This document shows positions 59,967 to 64,000 of a stretch of 64,000 nt of DNA, piece by piece; position 1 is the first letter of the stretch, and each line of letters opens with the position of its first letter. The notes beneath the pieces were generated by a model. That model saw only the letters and a list, made by a program, of their open reading frames with translations, made no database searches and was not told where the DNA came from. The position numbers were made by a program, and so were the translations under genes. The DNA is from Verrucomicrobiota bacterium (GTDB taxonomy: Bacteria; Verrucomicrobiota; Lentisphaeria; Lentisphaerales; Lentisphaeraceae): NCBI GenBank assembly GCA_039798785.1, contig JBDKFG010000014.1:1-64000 (forward strand), given 5' to 3'.

Positions 59967-61069
59967 AGCCCGCCGCCGCCCCCCTGGGCGCCGCGGAAGC
60001 CCTGGGCGGAGCCCTCCGCTTCCTCTCCATCCTGCTGCGCCTGCTCGCCCTCGGAGTCCTCGTCCTCGCCGTCCGTACCGGATGCTACTCGGTCGAGGCC
60101 GGCAAGCAGGCCCTCCCCTTCCACTTCGGCAAGATCGCCTCCTCCGGCCCGGTCGAAGGCGGCGACGGCCGCATGCACTGGATCCTGCCACGCCCCTTCG
60201 GCCGCGTCGTCCTCCTGCCTTCCGCCAGCGCGCCTCAGAACCTCCTCAGCAGCAGCTTCTGGCCAGCCGAGGCGAGCAGCGCCCTGGTGGTCAAACCAGA
60301 CGAGTCCAGCGACTCCAGCGAGCCCCTGGTGATGGGCCGAGACGGCTGCGTCCTCACCGGCGACCTCTACCTCTTCCATGTCCGCGGCAAGCTCACCTGG
60401 AACATCAGCGACGCCGCCGCCTACTGGCAGTCCTTCGGCAATCCGCAAGGAGACGCCGCCAAGACCGCCAAGCAGGCCGAGACGGTGCTCCGCCAGCTCT
60501 TCGACTCGGCCCTCCTCGGCGAGGCAAGCAGGCGCAAGGTCGACACCGCCTTCTACACCGACCTGAACGGCTACCGGCTCGCTGTGGAAGCCAACCTGGC
60601 CGATCGGCTCAAGCTCCAGGCCCTGGGAATCTCCATCTCCCGCATCGAAATCAAGTCCGACGACCGCCGCGCCATCCGCCTCGTCCAAGGCACCTTCAAC
60701 AACGTCGTCGCAGCCCAATCAAAGGCCAGCTCGCGGATCAACGCCGCCAAGAAGGAGGCCCTCGCCATCGCCGGCCAGGCCGACGCGGAAGCCCGCAGGA
60801 TCCTCGCCGACGCCGAAGTCTACCGCAACAACATGATCGTCAACACCGAGAACAAGGCCCGCAAGATGGAGGAGTTCCTCAAGGTCTACGACCCTGCCAA
60901 TCCGGAAGCCTCCCTCGCCAGCCTCTACCACAGCACTCTCGGCGAATCGCTCGCCGCCGTGCCCGAGAAGTGGATGATCAAGAAAGGCTCCAACCAGGAG
61001 CTCCGACTGCAGCTCAACCGCCAGACCAAGCCCCCTGCCGCCGCCAAGCCGGAGCCGCCCCGCCCTTGA
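59963..61069 (+). CDS. Second HflK-like SPFH protein
   Basis: Single TM, V......L...FG, HWILPRPF, VLTGD, VQGTFNNVVAAQ...IN.A, A.RI.A.A..YR; GTGA overlap. Confidence 0.75.
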   Translation: MKPAAAPLGAAEALGGALRFLSILLRLLALGVLVLAVRTGCYSVEAGKQALPFHFGKIASSGPVEGGDGRMHWILPRPFGRVVLLPSASAPQNLLSSSFWPAEASSALVVKPDESSDSSEPLVMGRDGCVLTGDLYLFHVRGKLTWNISDAAAYWQSFGNPQGDAAKTAKQAETVLRQLFDSALLGEASRRKVDTAFYTDLNGYRLAVEANLADRLKLQALGISISRIEIKSDDRRAIRLVQGTFNNVVAAQSKASSRINAAKKEALAIAGQADAEARRILADAEVYRNNMIVNTENKARKMEEFLKVYDPANPEASLASLYHSTLGESLAAVPEKWMIKKGSNQELRLQLNRQTKPPAAAKPEPPRP

Positions 61070-61148
61070 TTCGCCCCTTGCATCGACAGGCTCGGAATCT
61101 ATTGTCTTCGAACGCCCGCCCGGGCCCCAAAAATTCAGGAGAGACGCC

Positions 61149-63692
61149 ATGAAGTCGTGGATCTGGACAGCCTCCCTCAGTGACCCTCGCGTCGCCTTCC
61201 GCCGTGAATTCACCCTCGACCGCCCACCTCTCGAAGCCCGTCTCGACTTCGCCTCCCGAGGCCCCTTCCTCATCCTTGTCAACGGGGAAGTGGTCTTCTC
61301 CGGGCCCGCCCCAGCCGCCGACGGCCACTGCTCCCTGCATCAACTCGACATCACCTTCCTGATGCAGGCCGGCCGCAACAGCCTCTGCGCCCTGGTCCAT
61401 GGCGCCGATGACGGCGTCCCCGGCTTCTGCTGCATCCTCAACGCCGACGGCCATCGCCTGGTCGACAGCGACGCCTCCTGGCTCGCCCTCGGCGCCGCCT
61501 CGTCGCGGGTCTCGCCCTCGCGCGGCCCCGGCCACGGCCAGTGCGAGCTGCACGACCTCGCCCTGCTTCCCGAAGGCTGGGCCGATCCCGACACCTCGAG
61601 CGAAGGATGGAAGACCGCCTCCCTGCTCGGCCCCGCCCCGGGCAACTGCGCCTGGTCGATGATCCAGGTCAAGTCGCCCCTCAGCCTCGCCGCACTGCGC
61701 GCCACCGCCGCCCGCGGCAGGATGGTACCCGCCGCCGCATGCCTCCCCTTAGACCTCGCCTCGCTCCGCCGCGGCGGGGCCATCCTCGCCACCGCCTCGC
61801 TCCGCATCCCCGCCGGCCCCCACTCCCTGGTGGTGGTCTGCGACGGTGAATGGGCTCTCGACATCGGCGGCTCCACCATCCTCAGCGGCGACGGCCAGCG
61901 CCTCGTCCACTCCTGCGAAATCGAGCTCCCGGAGGAATGGGTCGAAGTGCGCTTCCGCGCCGTCTGCGACCGACGCCTCTGCGGCGCCACCCTGCTCTTC
62001 CCCGGATTGAGCCCCGAAACCGTCGCCCTGAATCAACTGCCCGACGACGAAGCCGAGGCCGGCTGGCTCGTCGCTCATCTCAAGGTCCCCTTCTCCCGCT
62101 CGGCCGGCATCTCCCTCGCCTTGCCCGAATTCAGCCCCTCCCCCCTCGGCGGCGCCGACGCCGCCGCCTGGCTCTCCTCTTTCACCTTCAACAACGAACT
62201 GAAGGCTGCCGAGCCTTTCAGCAGCCTCACGCTCGGCAGCGGCGAATACGCCAGCCTCGACCTCGGCCGCCGCAACATCGCCCTGCCGCAATTGCAGCTC
62301 CAGGGCAGCGCCGGCGACGTCGTCGACATCCTCCTCACCGAAGACCTGCACGACGGCGCTCCGGAGCCGATCTCGCACGGCATCCGCCGCGTCGACACCA
62401 TCGTGCTTTCCGGCCACCTCGACTCCTGGACCCCCGTGGTCTTCAGCGGCTTCCGCTACCTCAGCATCGCCGTCCGCTCCGCCGCCGGCAGCATCGAAGT
62501 CAGCAACGCCAACGTCCTCCTGCCCGGCCGCGACCGCGACGCCGCCCTCTCCTCCTTCGACTGCTCCGACGCACGCTTGAAAAAGGTGTGGGAGCGCGCC
62601 GCCGAAGCCGCCGACGGCTGTTGCGAATTGCAGCTGCGCGACGCCGTCTCTTCGCCCGCCGGCCAGAACCTCTTCCCCTCGGCACTCCTCGGCGGCGCCG
62701 GCCTCTGGACCGGCGCCGATCTCGGCCCCTTCCGCCAGGCCCTCCTCGATTTCGCCTCGGCCCAATTCGAGACCGGCGAGATCCCCAGCCGCTTTCCCAA
62801 TGGCGACGAAGGAGATCCCCTCGCCTCGATGATGTGGGTGATCTGGCTGCAGAAACACGCCCTCTTCACCGGCGAGCGGGAAACCGTAGCCGCCGCCGCC
62901 CCCGCCCTCGCCGCCCTGCTCGAATGGCTCAGCCGCGAAGCCGCACCCTCCGGCCTCCTCCTCGAGGAAGGCGGCGTCAATGCCCTGGTCAACGCCCTCT
63001 TCTGCCGCGCCCTCCAGGCCGCCTCCTGGCTGATGGACTTCATGGACAACGAAGATGATGCGGCGGTCTATCGCGGCCATGCCGAAAAGGTCGGCCTCGC
63101 CCTCCGCGAACTCTGCCTGCCGGAAGGCGTCCAGGAGGAAGCAGCCTACGAAGTCACCGTCGCAGCCATCTACGCCGGCATCCTGCCCGAATCCCAGGCG
63201 CAAGCCCTCTTCGACCGCTGGCACCTGCCCGAGTCTCCCTTCTGGAAAGACGATGTCGGGCCCGACGAACGCAGCCCCTTCCACGCCCTGCTCGCCATCG
63301 AAGCGGCCCTCAACCTCGGCCGCAGCCACTGGGCCGTCGACTTCATCGCCGAATTCTGGACTGCCCAAGAACACTCCCCCTGCAGCGTCTTCAGCAGCAT
63401 CCCCGCCCCCTACCTGATCAGCGAGCTGATCGGCGTGCGCCCCGCCGCCCCGGGTTTCGCCCAGGTCTTCCTCAACCCCCTCGACAGCGGCATCAAGTCG
63501 GCCAAATGCCGACTCCAGACCCCTCACGGCAGCCTCGCCGTCGAATGGCTGCGCCGCAACGACGGCGCCTTCGACTTCAACATCAACTCCTCCTTCGCCG
63601 TCGATGTCATCTCGGAACTGCCGGCCGAACTCAACGCCCGCTGCGCCTTCCGGGTCAATGAAGAAGTGTCGGTGATGGCCAAAGAGAAGTGA
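61149..63692 (+). CDS. GH78 alpha-L-rhamnosidase-like protein with degenerate catalytic motifs
   Basis: WIW...FRREF.L, L.VNG, DIT..L..G.N, LDLG, GFRY, FDCSD.RL..VW, GVRP..PGF..V...P, TPHG...V.W. Confidence 0.75.
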   Translation: MKSWIWTASLSDPRVAFRREFTLDRPPLEARLDFASRGPFLILVNGEVVFSGPAPAADGHCSLHQLDITFLMQAGRNSLCALVHGADDGVPGFCCILNADGHRLVDSDASWLALGAASSRVSPSRGPGHGQCELHDLALLPEGWADPDTSSEGWKTASLLGPAPGNCAWSMIQVKSPLSLAALRATAARGRMVPAAACLPLDLASLRRGGAILATASLRIPAGPHSLVVVCDGEWALDIGGSTILSGDGQRLVHSCEIELPEEWVEVRFRAVCDRRLCGATLLFPGLSPETVALNQLPDDEAEAGWLVAHLKVPFSRSAGISLALPEFSPSPLGGADAAAWLSSFTFNNELKAAEPFSSLTLGSGEYASLDLGRRNIALPQLQLQGSAGDVVDILLTEDLHDGAPEPISHGIRRVDTIVLSGHLDSWTPVVFSGFRYLSIAVRSAAGSIEVSNANVLLPGRDRDAALSSFDCSDARLKKVWERAAEAADGCCELQLRDAVSSPAGQNLFPSALLGGAGLWTGADLGPFRQALLDFASAQFETGEIPSRFPNGDEGDPLASMMWVIWLQKHALFTGERETVAAAAPALAALLEWLSREAAPSGLLLEEGGVNALVNALFCRALQAASWLMDFMDNEDDAAVYRGHAEKVGLALRELCLPEGVQEEAAYEVTVAAIYAGILPESQAQALFDRWHLPESPFWKDDVGPDERSPFHALLAIEAALNLGRSHWAVDFIAEFWTAQEHSPCSVFSSIPAPYLISELIGVRPAAPGFAQVFLNPLDSGIKSAKCRLQTPHGSLAVEWLRRNDGAFDFNINSSFAVDVISELPAELNARCAFRVNEEVSVMAKEK

Positions 63693-63702
63693 AAAAAGGG
63701 GC

Positions 63703-63730
63703 TTGCAACAACGTGATCTGAGGATATACT
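63703..63730 (+). promoter_or_regulatory. Putative sigma-70 promoter for rplU
   Basis: A-rich UP-like tract, TTGCAA - 16 nt - TATACT. Confidence 0.55.
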
Positions 63731-63799
63731 CAGCGCTCCCGTCCCCTTCGAGGGATCAGAACCAATCTCCCAAAGAGAAGCACAATAAAGGATTTCATC

Positions 63800-64000
63800 A
63801 TGTACGCAATCATCTCCACCGGCGGCAAGCAGCTGACCGTCAAGGAAGGCGACGTGGTCAAAGTCGAAAAGCTCCTCGGCGACGTCGGCACCAAGGCCCA
63901 GTTCAACACTGTCTTGGCCATCGGCGGAACTGAGAAGCCTGTTTTCGGCTCCCCCAACGTCCCTGGCGCCACCGTCTCCTACGAAATCGTCGGCGAAGGC
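63800..64000 (+). CDS. rplU: 50S ribosomal protein L21 (5' part, runs off the window)
   Basis: AAGGA RBS; MYAIISTGGKQLTVKEGDVVKVEKL...FGSPNVPGATV. Confidence 0.93.
   Translation, partial: MYAIISTGGKQLTVKEGDVVKVEKLLGDVGTKAQFNTVLAIGGTEKPVFGSPNVPGATVSYEIVGEG

Overview
A 64-kb chromosomal stretch of a high-GC bacterium. The ECF sigma/Ser-Thr kinase pair, triple SPFH cluster and many orphan membrane proteins suggest a PVC-type organism (inference only). About 55 genes are supported. Housekeeping anchors are speA, a coaB-like gene, an aspartate kinase, leuS, acyP, neuB/neuC, selD, mnmH, a DEAD-box helicase, apaG, panD and partial rplU. Notable accessory content: (1) a two-component-linked flavinylation module (ApbE-DUF2271 fusion plus a BFD-type [2Fe-2S]/PepSY-TM fusion carrying a frameshifting lesion); (2) a decayed transposase and resolvase with a res-like site; (3) a voltage-gated channel with a CavMr-like TLEGWTE filter; (4) a HEAT/Zn-finger/PD-(D/E)XK gene bracketed by direct repeats just after leuS; (5) a coupled DUF805-flavin oxidase/methyltransferase/unknown operon behind a LysR-type double dyad; (6) a selD-mnmH-ABC selenium cluster; (7) three tandem SPFH genes followed by a GH78-like probable pseudoenzyme. 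No tRNA, rRNA or CRISPR array was recognised. All family calls come from reading motifs by eye; no searches were run.
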